DNA of 64,000 bases, taken from an uncultured Thermoleophilia bacterium. GTDB taxonomy: Bacteria; Actinomycetota; Thermoleophilia; UBA2241. The position numbers and the translations under genes are program-made. Numbering within the stretch: the first letter of the stretch is position 1; each line of letters starts with the position of its first letter. The DNA is taken from positions 142,308-206,307 of the forward strand of contig CAVUGS010000009.1 in NCBI GenBank assembly GCA_963741075.1, read 5' to 3'. Positions 44,860 to 58,206 of the stretch are shown here, in pieces. The notes below the pieces were generated by a model, which saw only the letters and a program-made list of their open reading frames with translations, was not told the DNA's origin and did not search any database.

Positions 44860-45056
44860 GGCCCGATTCTAGCCGAACCCCGGTTGACGTTGTCCGGCCG
44901 GCTCGGCAGCACCCCGTTGACGTTCGCGCCGGGCTCTCGCCCGCCGCCGCGGCCAGCCTGTAGCCTGCGGCGGCGACGGGCTTTCCGCCCGGCCGGCGGC
45001 AGGATTGGCCCGGCGCCCGTCGTAGGAGTCGCGAAGCAAGGCCGAGAAGGAGACGC

Positions 45057-45959
45057 GTGACCCAGGCGACGCAGGTCTCGAGCGCGAGCGACCACAGACG
45101 ACACACCCTGCGCCGCGGCGTCGCGCTCGTCGGGTCCCTGGCCGCCGTCTCCGCCCTCGTCACCGTCGCCGGCCCCGGCTACCTGTGGCCGCTGTTCCTC
45201 TTCCCCCTCGTCCTCGCCGCCGTCTTCTTCTTCGAGCTCGGCAGCCTGCTGGTCACCGTGTGGCTGGGCAACTTCTTCGTCCTCTACTACAGCTTCGCCG
45301 CGACGGCGACGCCCGAGGTGGTCCGTCAGGCGCTGCTGGGCACGGCGCTGTTCCTGGTCGCCGGCCTGCTGCTCGGGCGCATCCAGCGACGGCACCGCGA
45401 CATGCAGCGGGACCTCGCCGCCTCCACGCTCACCGACCGCCTGACGGGCCTCTACAACTACGGCACCTTCGTGGACTACCTGCACAACGAGGTCACCAAG
45501 GTGGACCGCTACGGCGGCGAGCTCTCGCTGCTGATGATGGACCTCGACCACTTCAAGCAGTTCAACGACCGCCACGGGCACGAGGCCGGCAACGAGCTGC
45601 TGCGCCGCCTGGGGGCCACGATACGCACCCTCGTGCGCGACGCCGACGTTGCGGCGCGGTACGGCGGCGAGGAGTTCGCGGTGCTCATCCGCGGCGACGA
45701 GTCGCACGGCTACGAGCTGGCCGAGCGCCTGCGCCGCGCCGTCGAGACGGTGACCGTCGAGGTGCGGGGCGGCGAGCCTGCGTGCACGACGATCTCGGCC
45801 GGCATCGCGGCGTACCCGGCCGGGGCGGCGGACGAGGCCGAGCTGATCGAGTCGGCGGACGCCGCGCTCTACGAGAGCAAGCGGCGCGGCCGCAACCGCG
45901 TCACCATCTTCACGGGAGTCTCCGGCGAGAGCGAGCTGCCGGCGAGTCTGAGCGCCTGA
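45057..45959 (+). CDS. Membrane-anchored diguanylate cyclase (GGDEF)
   Basis: RYGGEEF active-site motif, N-terminal TM segments. Confidence 0.8.
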   Translation: MTQATQVSSASDHRRHTLRRGVALVGSLAAVSALVTVAGPGYLWPLFLFPLVLAAVFFFELGSLLVTVWLGNFFVLYYSFAATATPEVVRQALLGTALFLVAGLLLGRIQRRHRDMQRDLAASTLTDRLTGLYNYGTFVDYLHNEVTKVDRYGGELSLLMMDLDHFKQFNDRHGHEAGNELLRRLGATIRTLVRDADVAARYGGEEFAVLIRGDESHGYELAERLRRAVETVTVEVRGGEPACTTISAGIAAYPAGAADEAELIESADAALYESKRRGRNRVTIFTGVSGESELPASLSA

Positions 45960-45995
45960 GCGCCGGGCCGCGCCGTCGAAGCGGCGCGCGGCACT

Positions 45996-47312
45996 TCACT
46001 CCGCGAACGTCACCCTCGGCAGCCGCGTGTCGGCGCGCGCGAAGGCCTCGCCGCAGAACAGCTCCACGCCGTTGCGCGCCAGCAGGTGCTGCTGCTCCTG
46101 GTCGCGCACCCCCGTCGCGATGAGCTGCGCGCCCGTGCGTCCGGCGAAGCGCACCAGCAACTGCACGACCTCGATGGCGGTGAGGTCGGCGCCGAGCCCG
46201 GCGATCAGCATCGGATCCACGCACAGGAAGTCGGGCGCGGCCTCCGCGATGAGCTCGAGCACCGTGAACTGCGCTCCGAGACCGGAGATGCACAGCTGGA
46301 AGCCGAGATCGCGCACGTCCGCGAGCGTGCGCAGCGTGGACGCCGTGTTGCTGGCGAGGTCGTCGGCGTCGATCTCGAACACCACGTGCTGCGGGACCAG
46401 CGCCGGTTGAGCGAGTAGAACTCGCTGACGGCGACGACGGCAGCGTTGGGAAGCTCGCCGGCGGCGCAGCCGAGGAACAGCAGGGCGTCAGGCTCCAGAC
46501 CGGCCGCCGCAGTCACGGTGGCCTCCCGGGCGACCACGCCGTAGGAGGCCAGGACCTGCGATCGCCGCGCCACGTCGAGCAGCACGTCCGGCAGCCGCAG
46601 CGGCGAGTAGAAAGGACCGCGCACGCTGCTGCGGTAGCCGATCACCTCGCGCGCCTCCGGGTCGACCACCGGCTCGAACAGCGGCTCGAGGTCGCCGCGT
46701 GAGACGCAGTCCGCCAGCGTCGCCTCGAGCTCCCGGTCGTAGAGCGCCGCCTGCTCATCCGCCGCCTGCATCGCGAGCGCCAGGCCGTGCTGCAGGTTCT
46801 GCTCGAAGGTGAGGGCGTCGTCGAAGGCGAGGACGGCCGCAGCCGACCGACGGGTGCACGCGGTCGTACACGCCCGGGGCGAGGTCGTTGAGGAGCAGCG
46901 ACTGCAGCCGCTCGTAGACCCGCCGCGTCACCGCCGCGAGGTCGTCGTCGGCGATCACGGCGGCGGACCGCGGCGGCGAGAGCAGCACGATGAACGCGTC
47001 GTCGGTGAGCGTGAAGTCGCTGACCACGTCGAGGCGGCGCAGCGTGCCGCCGACCATGCCCTCGAGGTTGGCCGCCACGGCGTCGAGGATGTCGGCGACG
47101 ATGTGCCAGCCGAACACGGGCTCGAGGCGACCGTAGCGGGTGAGGCTCACGTAGAGAAGGGCGACCTGGCCCGACTTCTCGAGCTCGAGCCGGATGGAGT
47201 CGGCGACGAGGTTGAGCGACGGCAGGTGCGACGGGCCGTCGCTGACCAGCCCGCGAAGGGTCGTCTGCGCCTTGCGCAGGGCCTCGTCGGTCGGTCGCTC
47301 CACGCGGCTCAC
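45996..47312 (-). CDS. GGDEF-like/EAL-domain signalling protein, about 3 apparent frameshifts
   Basis: C-terminal EAL fold (...ATGVRDQEQQHLLARNGVELFCGEAF...), fragments in ORFs 45996-46385, 46205-46771 and 46755-47312. Confidence 0.6.
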
Positions 47313-47324
47313 CCCCCCGGCGAG

Positions 47325-47648
47325 TCAGGTCGCCTTCTGCGTCTCCTTGGCTTTGCCCTCGTCCGGCTTCTTGTCGCTCTTGGCGGAATCCCCGTCGCCA
47401 GACGAGCTCTCGCCGGAGCCGGAGGACTCGCCCGACCCGGAGTCCTTGCCGGCGCTGCGCCGGCCCGACCCCTTGCCGTAGTCGGTGGTGTAGAAGCCGG
47501 AGCCCTTGAAGTGGATCGCCACCGGGTGCAGCACCTTGCGCAGCGGGCCGCCGCACTTCTCGCACTCGGTGAGCGGGTCCTCGCTCATCTTCTGCATGAT
47601 CTCGAACGAGGCCCCGCAGTCATCGCACTGGTACTCATAGATAGGCAC
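47325..47648 (-). CDS. FmdB-family zinc-ribbon protein
   Basis: MPIYEYQCDDCGASFE...CEKCGG; Ser/Gly-rich tail. Confidence 0.8.
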   Translation of the reverse strand: MPIYEYQCDDCGASFEIMQKMSEDPLTECEKCGGPLRKVLHPVAIHFKGSGFYTTDYGKGSGRRSAGKDSGSGESSGSGESSSGDGDSAKSDKKPDEGKAKETQKAT

Positions 47649-47722
47649 GCAGAAGTCTCCCGGGCGTGATCACAAGGGGCCTGAGTGTAGCACAGGCCGC
47701 GCGCCGCGCGCGGCGCGGCGGC

Positions 47723-48412
47723 TCACGGCGCGAACGGCGGCAGGTGCCCGGCGACGATGAGCGCCGGGTCCCAGGCGCGGATGCGGCGCCAGGAGGCGAG
47801 CAGCGCGTCGGCGGCCGGGCCGGACGGAGCCATGGCGTCGAACTCGTCCCGGCCGGGGCCGATGGTGTCGCCGCACAGCACGGCGCGGCCGCCGGGCGTG
47901 TCGCAGGCCAGGCTGATGTGCCCGTCGCAGTGGCCGGGCGTGAGCGCCCACTCGAGGCCGGGCGCCAGCTCTCCGCCGTCGCCGCTCAGCTGCTCCAGCG
48001 GGAGCAGCTCGAGCAGCCCGCCGACGAGCGGCCAGTACCCGGACGCCATCTCGAGCTCGTGCACCGCGACGGGCGCCATGACGGAGGCGCAGCCGCCGGC
48101 GTGGTCGAGGTGGGCGTGCGTGAGCACGACCAGGTCGACGTCGCCGGCGGAGAGCCCTCTGGCCTCGAGGGCGCGAAGCGCGGGGTCGTTCTGCAGCGGC
48201 AGGCCGGGGTCGACCAGGATGGTGCGCGGCCCCCGCAGGAGCACGGTGTTGGGGAACGTGGTCATGCCCACCACCGGACGCCGCTCACGCAGGGCGCGAT
48301 ACTCGACGAACGCCTCCGGCGAACGATGCTCGGGCAGCACCTCCACGGCGTCGCCCTCGACGCTGAACACGAAGCGCGCCGTCGGGATGAGGATGTCCAG
48401 CTCGTAGGTCAA
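47723..48412 (-). CDS. MBL-fold metallo-hydrolase (glyoxalase II-like)
   Basis: THAHLDHAGG motif. Confidence 0.75.
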   Translation of the reverse strand: MTYELDILIPTARFVFSVEGDAVEVLPEHRSPEAFVEYRALRERRPVVGMTTFPNTVLLRGPRTILVDPGLPLQNDPALRALEARGLSAGDVDLVVLTHAHLDHAGGCASVMAPVAVHELEMASGYWPLVGGLLELLPLEQLSGDGGELAPGLEWALTPGHCDGHISLACDTPGGRAVLCGDTIGPGRDEFDAMAPSGPAADALLASWRRIRAWDPALIVAGHLPPFAP

Positions 48413-48422
48413 CGCGCCGGCC

Positions 48423-48746
48423 TCACGCGGGATCGGTGTCGGCGTCGGCGTCGTCGCGAGCGTAGAGGAAGTCGACCTTGTCCAGGTTCAGGATGATGAA
48501 CGGCGCGGTCTCGAGCAGGTCCTGGCTGCCCTTGCCGTAGATGCGCACCTTGGAGAGCGTGAGCCGGCTGTCGCTGAAGGCGCGGATGTAGTCCGACGGG
48601 CGCCGGGAGCTCGCGCGCTGGCCGACGCCGAAGTGGGCGATGCCGACGATCTTGAACTCGCCGATGTAGGCCACGACCTCGAGCTCCTTGAACCCGCTGC
48701 TGTCGGCGCGGGCCGCCTCGAACCCCGCTCGAGGGTCATCCACCAT
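48423..48746 (-). CDS. Small hypothetical protein (107 aa)
   Basis: Intact ORF with non-repetitive composition; no recognisable domain. Confidence 0.4.
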   Translation of the reverse strand: MVDDPRAGFEAARADSSGFKELEVVAYIGEFKIVGIAHFGVGQRASSRRPSDYIRAFSDSRLTLSKVRIYGKGSQDLLETAPFIILNLDKVDFLYARDDADADTDPA

Positions 48747-49023
48747 CGTCTCCTCCTCCAGTCGCGGCCGCGGCCGCGTCCTCGGCGCGCGGCGCGCCGC
48801 TCTGCTCGTGCGCGGTGTCCGCGATCCTCGGCCGCACAGGGGGTCCCGGCAAAGGCGCGGACCGAGCCGCGTCCCGGACGGGCGGCCAGACGCAGGCGGC
48901 CGAGCGCCTCGCGCCGCGACTCTCCGCGTCGCGGCGCGAGCACCACTCCGACGGCGGCGCCGATCACGCCGCCGAGGACCGCACTGCGCGCCTTCCCCAT
49001 ACCTCGACTATAGCCGCACGAGG

Positions 49024-51445
<2,422 letters not shown>

Positions 51446-51544
51446 CTGTCGATCCTTGCCTTGCTGGTGGAATCTTCGAACAGGTCAAGCGGGGTGTCGC
51501 GTCCGTGCCGAGGCGCGCCGGGCGCCGCCTCGGTGAGCGGGCGC

Positions 51545-51958
51545 TCAGGCGTGCCGGCGCCGCCGGCCGATGTGCACGACCTGGGTGCGGGTCACCGGCA
51601 CCAGGTCCATGCGGTGGGAGCGCTCGACGCGCTGCACCTCGCGGCGCATGGCTTCGGCGGCCTCCGCCAGCTGCGTCTGGAGCGCCAGCATCTGGCGGTG
51701 CATGACGTCCAGTTGCTCCTCCATCGCGAGCACGCGCTCCACGCCCGCCAGGTTGAGTCCGAGCTCCGTGAGCTCCTGGATGCGCTGCAGCCGCTCGACG
51801 TCGCGCTCCGAGTAGCGGCGCGTGTTCTTGGCCGTGCGCTGCGGGCGCACCAGCCCGCGCCGCTCGTAGAGGCGCAGCGTCTGCGGGTGCATCCCCGCGA
51901 GCTCCGCCGCCACGGAGATCATGAAGAGCGGCCTGTCGCTGTCGTGTTCCTGTCTCAT
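51545..51958 (-). CDS. hspR: MerR-family heat-shock repressor HspR
   Basis: [52 protein letters not shown]; located directly downstream of dnaJ. Confidence 0.85.
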   Translation of the reverse strand: MRQEHDSDRPLFMISVAAELAGMHPQTLRLYERRGLVRPQRTAKNTRRYSERDVERLQRIQELTELGLNLAGVERVLAMEEQLDVMHRQMLALQTQLAEAAEAMRREVQRVERSHRMDLVPVTRTQVVHIGRRRRHA

Positions 51959-52057
51959 GACCGGGTCTCCGCCATCGGTCTTCCCACTGCCACCACGGGC
52001 ATCAGTCCGCCTTCCGTGACCGCTGCCAGTCGAGGCGCTCAATAGCTCTTCCGTGCA

Positions 52058-53194
52058 TTAGTCAGCCGTGGAGCGCGGATCGGAGAACGTCACCGCGAGC
52101 TTCTCGAACAACTGCTTCTGGTCCTTGGTCAGCTTGCCGGGAATGAGCACCCGCAGCTTGACCAGGAGATCGCCCTGGCCGCCCTTGAGCTTGGGCATGC
52201 CCTTGCCGCGCACGCGCAGGGTACGGCCGTCCTGGCTGCCGGCCGGCACCTTGAGCGACACCCGCCCGCCGCCCGGCGTCGGGATCTTCACCGTGGCGCC
52301 GAGCGCCGCCTCGGACACCGTGACCGGCACCTCGACGACCAGGTTGTCGCCGTGGCGCTCGAACAGGTCGTCGGTCTCGACGCGCACGCGCACGTAGAGG
52401 TCGCCGGCCGGGCCGCCGCGCTGGCCGGCCTCGCCCTTGCCTTTGATGCGGATCTTGCTGCCGTCCTTGACGCCCGCCGGGACCTTGACGTTGTACCGGC
52501 GGGTCTTGCGCTGCACGCCCGTGCCGCGACACGTGGGGCACGGGTCCTCGATGATCGTTCCCTGGCCGTGGCAGCGCGGGCACGGCTCGGACATGGCGAA
52601 CGGCCCCTGGTTGCGCGCCACCATGCCGCGGCCCTGACACTCCGGGCACACCTTGGGCGTCGTGCCCGGCTTGGCGCCGCTGCCGCGGCAGGTCTCGCAC
52701 GTGTCGTCCTTCTCGACCGGCACGCGGACGGTCACGCCGCTCAGCGCGTCGTCGAACGACACGGTGACGTTGGCCTGCAGGTCGTCGCCGCGCTCGGCTG
52801 CTCTGCGGCGGCCGCGGCCGGGTCCGCCGGCCGCGCCCCCGAACAGGTTGCCGAGGATGTCGCCGAGGTCGCCCACGTCGAACTGGACGTTGCCCTGGTT
52901 GTACATCCGCGGGTCGAAGCCGCCCTGGTAGCCACCGGCGCCGGGTCGGAAGCCCCCGCCGCCGGGCCCCGGGCCGAAGGCCCCGAGCCGGCTGAGCTCG
53001 TCGTACTGCTTGCGCTTCTCGGGGTCGGAGAGCGTCTCGTAGGCCGTGCTGACCTCCTTGAACTTCTCCTCCGCCGCCTTGTTGCCCGGGTTCTTGTCCG
53101 GGTGATGCTCGCGGGCGAGCTTGCGGAACGCCTTCTTGATCTCGTCCGCCGAGGCGTTCTTGGAGACGCCCAGAGTCTGGTAGTAGTCGGCCAT
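52058..53194 (-). CDS. dnaJ: Chaperone DnaJ
   Basis: J-domain HPD, Gly-rich region, four CxxCxGxG zinc-finger repeats. Confidence 0.9.
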   Translation of the reverse strand: MADYYQTLGVSKNASADEIKKAFRKLAREHHPDKNPGNKAAEEKFKEVSTAYETLSDPEKRKQYDELSRLGAFGPGPGGGGFRPGAGGYQGGFDPRMYNQGNVQFDVGDLGDILGNLFGGAAGGPGRGRRRAAERGDDLQANVTVSFDDALSGVTVRVPVEKDDTCETCRGSGAKPGTTPKVCPECQGRGMVARNQGPFAMSEPCPRCHGQGTIIEDPCPTCRGTGVQRKTRRYNVKVPAGVKDGSKIRIKGKGEAGQRGGPAGDLYVRVRVETDDLFERHGDNLVVEVPVTVSEAALGATVKIPTPGGGRVSLKVPAGSQDGRTLRVRGKGMPKLKGGQGDLLVKLRVLIPGKLTKDQKQLFEKLAVTFSDPRSTAD

Positions 53195-53203
53195 CTCCGC
53201 CCG

Positions 53204-53811
53204 CTAACTGGCCACGATGACCTTGGCCGGCCGCAGCAGCTTGCCGTGCAGCAGGTAGCCGCGCTCGAGCACCTGGGTCACCGTGCCCTCGGGGTGGTCG
53301 GGCGACGCCTGCGCCATGATGGCCTCGTGGTACTCGGGGTCGAACGACGTACCCGGTTCGACCTCGATCTCCTCGAGGCCGTGACCTGCCAGGGTGCCGC
53401 GCAGCTGGCCGGAGACCAGGTCGAGGCCGGCCAGCAGCTGGCCCTCCTCGTGCTTGTCACCGGCCTCGAGCGCGCGGCTCAGGTTGTCCATGACCGGCAG
53501 CAAGGACTCGACGACCGTCTCGGCCGCGCGCAGGCGCAGTTCCTCGTTGTCGCGCTGGACGCGCTTGCGGTAGTTGTCGAACTCCGCCTTGAGGCGGCGC
53601 AGGTGGTCGAGGTACTCGTCGCGCTCGCGCGCGACCGCGGCGAGCTCGTCGTCCGCCGCCGGCGCCTGCTCCGGCCTCCGACCGCGGCGGCCTCGGCGGC
53701 CTGCTGCGCCTCGGCGGCCTTCGCGGCCTCGTCCTCCGCGGCCTTCGCGACCTCGGCCTCCGCGGCCTTCGTTCGCTTCTGGTCCTGTGTCGTGTGCTTC
53801 CTGTCCGTCAT
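53204..53811 (-). CDS. grpE: Nucleotide-exchange factor GrpE, one apparent frameshift near 53660
   Basis: N-terminal Ala/Glu-rich region, then LLPVMDNLSRAL...GYLLHGKLLRPAKVIVAS in a second frame. Confidence 0.8.
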
Positions 53812-53917
53812 GTCCGTTCTCTGTGTCGTCGCTGTGCGGCCACGGGCCGCTCGATCTCGCCGGGGAGCGGCGGGGCGGGGCGCTGCGCCCCCGCCCCGCC
53901 GGTCCTCCCGGCGTGGG

Positions 53918-54382
53918 TCAGCTCGCGGCGGTCTCCGCCTTGGAGGCCTCGACCGTCTTCTTGGCCTTGACCTCGATGCGCCTGGGCTTCTCCTCCTCGG
54001 CCTTCGGTACGGTGACCGTGAGGATGCCGTCCTCGTAGCCGGCCTGGATCTCGTCCGGCTTGACGCCCTGCGGCAGAGCGAGGCTGCGCTGGAAGCTGCC
54101 GAAGCGGCGCTCGACGCGGTAGTAGCGCTCGTCCTCGACCTGCTCCTCGAACTTGCGCTCGCCCTTGATGGTGAGCACGTTGTCCTCGACCTCGATCTCG
54201 ATGGCGTCGGGGTCCATGCCCGCCAGCTCGGCCTTGAGCACGACGGCGTCCTTCCTGTCGAAGACGTCGACCGCGGGCAGCCAGCTCTCCTGACGGTTGT
54301 TCCAGACCTGGTCGACCAGCCGGTTGAACTGGTTCTGGACCTGGGTCATCTCGCGGAACGGGTCCCATCTGATGATTGCCAT
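53918..54382 (-). CDS. Hsp20/alpha-crystallin small heat-shock protein
   Basis: WDPFREM..., ...[14 protein letters not shown]; 154 aa. Confidence 0.85.
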   Translation of the reverse strand: MAIIRWDPFREMTQVQNQFNRLVDQVWNNRQESWLPAVDVFDRKDAVVLKAELAGMDPDAIEIEVEDNVLTIKGERKFEEQVEDERYYRVERRFGSFQRSLALPQGVKPDEIQAGYEDGILTVTVPKAEEEKPRRIEVKAKKTVEASKAETAAS

Positions 54383-54407
54383 GATTGACCTCCTCTCGGG
54401 TGGTTTC

Positions 54408-56312
54408 TTACTTGCTCTCGTCTTCGTCGATGACCTCGTAGTCGGCCTCTTCGACGTTCTCGTCTTCCTGCTGGGCGCTCGAGCCGTCGGAACTCGCCGA
54501 CTGCTCCTGCTGCGCCTGCTGGTACACGGCCTCGGCGAGCTTGTGCGAGGCCTGCATGAGCGTCGTCGGTCTTGGCCTGGATGGCCTCCATGTCGTCGCC
54601 CTCGAGCGCCGTCTTGAGCTCGGCCCCGGCCGACTCGATCTCGGCCTTGGTCGACTCGTCGACCCTGTCGCCCATGTCGCGCAGCGACTTCTCGGTGCTG
54701 TAGAGCAGGTTCTCGGCGTTGTTCTTGACGTCGGCCATCTCGCGCGCCTTCTTGTCCTCGTCGGCGTGCGCGTCGGCGTCCTTCATCATCTGGTCGATGT
54801 CCTGCTCGCTGAGGCCGCTGGAGGCGGTGATGGTGATCTTCTGCTCGTTGCCGGTGCCGAGGTCCTTGGCGCTCACGTGCACGATGCCGTTGGCGTCGAT
54901 GTCGAACGTGACCTCGATCTGCGGGATGCCGCGCGGCGCCGTCGGGATGCCCACGAGCTGGAACTTGCCCAGCGTCTTGTTGTAGGCCGCCATGTCGCGC
55001 TCGCCCTGCAGCACGTGGATCTCGACGCTCGTCTGGTTGTCGTCCGCGGTGCTGAAGATCTCGCTCTTCTTGGTCGGGATCGTGGTGTTGCGGTCGATGA
55101 GCCGGGTGAACACGGCGCCCTTGGTCTCGATGCCGAGGCTCAGCGGCGTGACGTCGAGGAGCAGCACGTCCTTGACCTCGCCGGCGAGCACGCCGCCCTG
55201 GATGGCGGCGCCGACGGCGACGACCTCGTCCGGGTTGACGCCCTTGTGCGGGTCCTTGCCGATGAGCTCCTTGACCCTCTCCTGCACGGCCGGCACGCGG
55301 GTCATGCCGCCGACGAGGATCACGTCGTGGATCTCGCCCTTGCTGAGGCCGGCGTCCTTGATGGCGGCGTTGACCGGCGCCACCACGCGCTCGACCAGCT
55401 CGTGCGTGAGCTCGTCGAACTTCGCCCGCGTCAGGGTGAGGTCGAGGTGCTTGGGCCCGTTCTCGTCGGCCGTGATGAACGGCAGGTTGACGGCCGAGCT
55501 CATCGTCGTGGAGAGCTCGATCTTGGCCTTCTCCGCCGCCTCGTACAGCCGCTGCAGCGCCATCTTGTCGACGCTCAGGTCGATGCCCTGGCTCTGCTTG
55601 AACTCCGCGACCATCCAGTCGACGACGGACTTGTCGAAGTTGTCGCCGCCGAGGTGCGTGTCGCCGTTGGTGGAGCGGACCTCGAACACGCCCTCCCCGA
55701 GATCGAGGATGGAGACGTCGAACGTGCCGCCGCCCAGGTCGAACACGAGGATCGTCTGGTCGTGCTCCTTGTCGAGGCCGTAGGCGAGCGCGGCCGCGGT
55801 GGGCTCGTTGATGATGCGCTTGACCTCGAGGCCGGCGATCTTGCCGGCGTCCTTGGTGGCCTGGCGCTGCGAGTCGTTGAAGTACGCCGGGACGGTGACG
55901 ACCGCCTCGCTGACCTTCTCGCCCAGGTACTCTTCCGCGTCCCGCTTGAGCTTCTGCAGGATCATGGCGGAGATCTCCGGCGGCGAGTACGTCTTGCCGC
56001 CGATGTCCACGGAGGCGTCGCCGTTGGAGGCCTTGATCACGTGGTACGGCACGATCTTCATCTCTTCGGAGACGTCGCCGAACTTGCGGCCCATGAAGCG
56101 CTTGATCGAGAACACGGTGTTCTCGGGATTGGTGACCGCCTGACGACGGGCGACGCTGCCTACGAGGCGCTCGCCGCTCTTCGAGAATGCGACCACTGAC
56201 GGCGTGGTGCGACCGCCCTCACTGTTGGGGATGACGGTCGGCTCGCCGCCTTCGAGCACGGCCATCGCGCTGTTGGTCGTGCCGAGGTCGATGCCGATGA
56301 CTTTGGCCATGG
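54408..56312 (-). CDS. dnaK: Chaperone DnaK (Hsp70), one apparent 1-nt deletion near 54560 in the C-terminal tail
   Basis: [14 protein letters not shown]..., DLGGGTFD, complete NBD and SBD; the acidic C-terminal tail (...[14 protein letters not shown]) is in a shifted frame. Confidence 0.9.
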
Positions 56313-56479
56313 AACTTCCTCCTTGGGGGATTACTCTGGATGGAGCATAAAATCTGAGTCGCTCCTTGTCAACTTTGTACCCGCGGAGGAACGAGGGGCA
56401 AACCTGCGCCGGCGTAGGCGACGCGCGGGCAGGCTTCGCCGCCGCCGCGCCGAACCTGACGGCGGAGGTGAGAGCCGCG

Positions 56480-57700
56480 TGGCGAGCCGGTCCGACTGCG
56501 CACCAGGACGTATCCACATCCCCCGCTGGGTACAGCTCGCCGTGCTCCCCGCCCTGCTCATCATCGGCTGGTTCGCGCTCGGGGCGATCGGCCAGGTGAT
56601 CTTCATCTTCCTGGTGGCGGCGCTGGTCGCGCTCGTGCTCAACCCGCTCGTGCACGGTCTGGAGCGCGTCCACGTGCCGCGGTACGCCGGCGTCTTTCTC
56701 GTCTATCTGGCGTTCGTGGCCGTGGTGGTGCTCGTCGCCGCGCTGATCTGGCCGCCCGTCGTGCAGCAGTTGCGCAGCCTGGCCTCGGCGCTGCCGGGCA
56801 TGGGCGACCAGGCCGGCGAGACCCTCGACCCGCCTGCAGCGGCTCAGCGACCGCGCCGGCCTCGGCATCAACGTCGCCGAGCAGATCCGCAACACCCTCA
56901 CCGCCATCGCCGACCGGATCCCGCAGTTCACCACCAACGTGGTCGACGTCGGCGTCACCGTGGTGCGCCAGGTCACCACGTTCATCATCATCGTGGTCCT
57001 CTCGATCTACATGCTGCTGGACGGGCGGCGCATCGGCTCCTTCATCGCCCGCCAGTTCCCCACCCACAGCGAGGCCGACGGCGCACGAGTACGTGCGCAG
57101 CGCCAAGACGGCCGTGGTGGACTACGTCAAGGCGCAGGTGCTGCTGTCCACGGTGCTGGGAGCCAGCGTCGGGGTCGCGATGTGGATCCTCAGCCTGGTC
57201 GGCGCATTCCCGTCGGGCGGCCGCTACGCACTGTTCTTCGGCGTCTGGGCCGGGCTCATGGAGGCCATCCCTTACCTCGGCCCCGTGCTCGCCGCCGTGC
57301 CGCCGAGCGTGGTGGCCGTGTTCGACTCGCCGCTCTCGGCGCTGTGGGTGATCATCACGTTCGTCCTGATCCAGGAGGTCGAGGGACACATCCTGGTGCC
57401 CGTGATCATGGGCAGCCGGTTCCGCGTGCACCCGCTGGTGGTGATCTTCGCCATCCTGGCCGGCGGCGAGATCCACGGCATCACCGGCATGCTCATCGCC
57501 ATCCCGCTCATCCCGCTCATCAAGGAGACCTGGCTGTTCTTCCGGCCGCGCCTGCAGTTCGAGGGCTGGTGCGCGGCCGTCACGGGCGACCTGAGCGCCG
57601 GAGAGACTGGCCCTGCGGGCCCGGGCGCCGGCGCCTCGCCGGCGCCCGACGGCTGCCGCCGACGCGGCCGCAGCCGTCGACTGACGCTCGCGGCCTGGCG
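56480..57700 (+). CDS. AI-2E (PerM/YhhT) family transporter, 2 or more apparent frameshifts, ends uncertain
   Basis: [40 protein letters not shown]..., ...[20 protein letters not shown]...[25 protein letters not shown]...[16 protein letters not shown]. Confidence 0.55.
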
Positions 57701-58206
57701 TCTCGCACCGGCCGCCACGCTCCCGCGTGCGCCGGCGCCCGCCGTCCCCTGCCCCGCAGCGTGCGAATCGCCGGTCAACGGTTTCGTCATCTCGCGCACC
57801 CGGGCAGGGCTACAGGACCTGGAGGGGGAGATCCGTGCAGTCCAGCGTCGTCAGCAGGCCTCGTCGCACGCTCGTACGCGCCGCCGCAACATTGCTCAAT
57901 GTTTGCTAACACCCACGAAATCCTGTATACCTCCACGGGTAGACCGGCATACCCCCCCGGGTGCGCCGGTCTGCGGGCTACTATGGGGACCTGGAGTACC
58001 GACATCACACGGACGGCCATGTGCGATTCATCACATGCGCACGCCCGCGTGCGCGTCCCTTCCCCACCCCGCTTCTACGCACGAATACCGCCTCACGTCG
58101 CCCGGGCTTCGCGAGGCGTTTTCGATCCATGATCCGCTTCGTGAGGGGAGGTGATTCAGTGAGAGCGGACAGACTTGCCCATCCCATCAATGCATCCAAG
58201 GAGGTG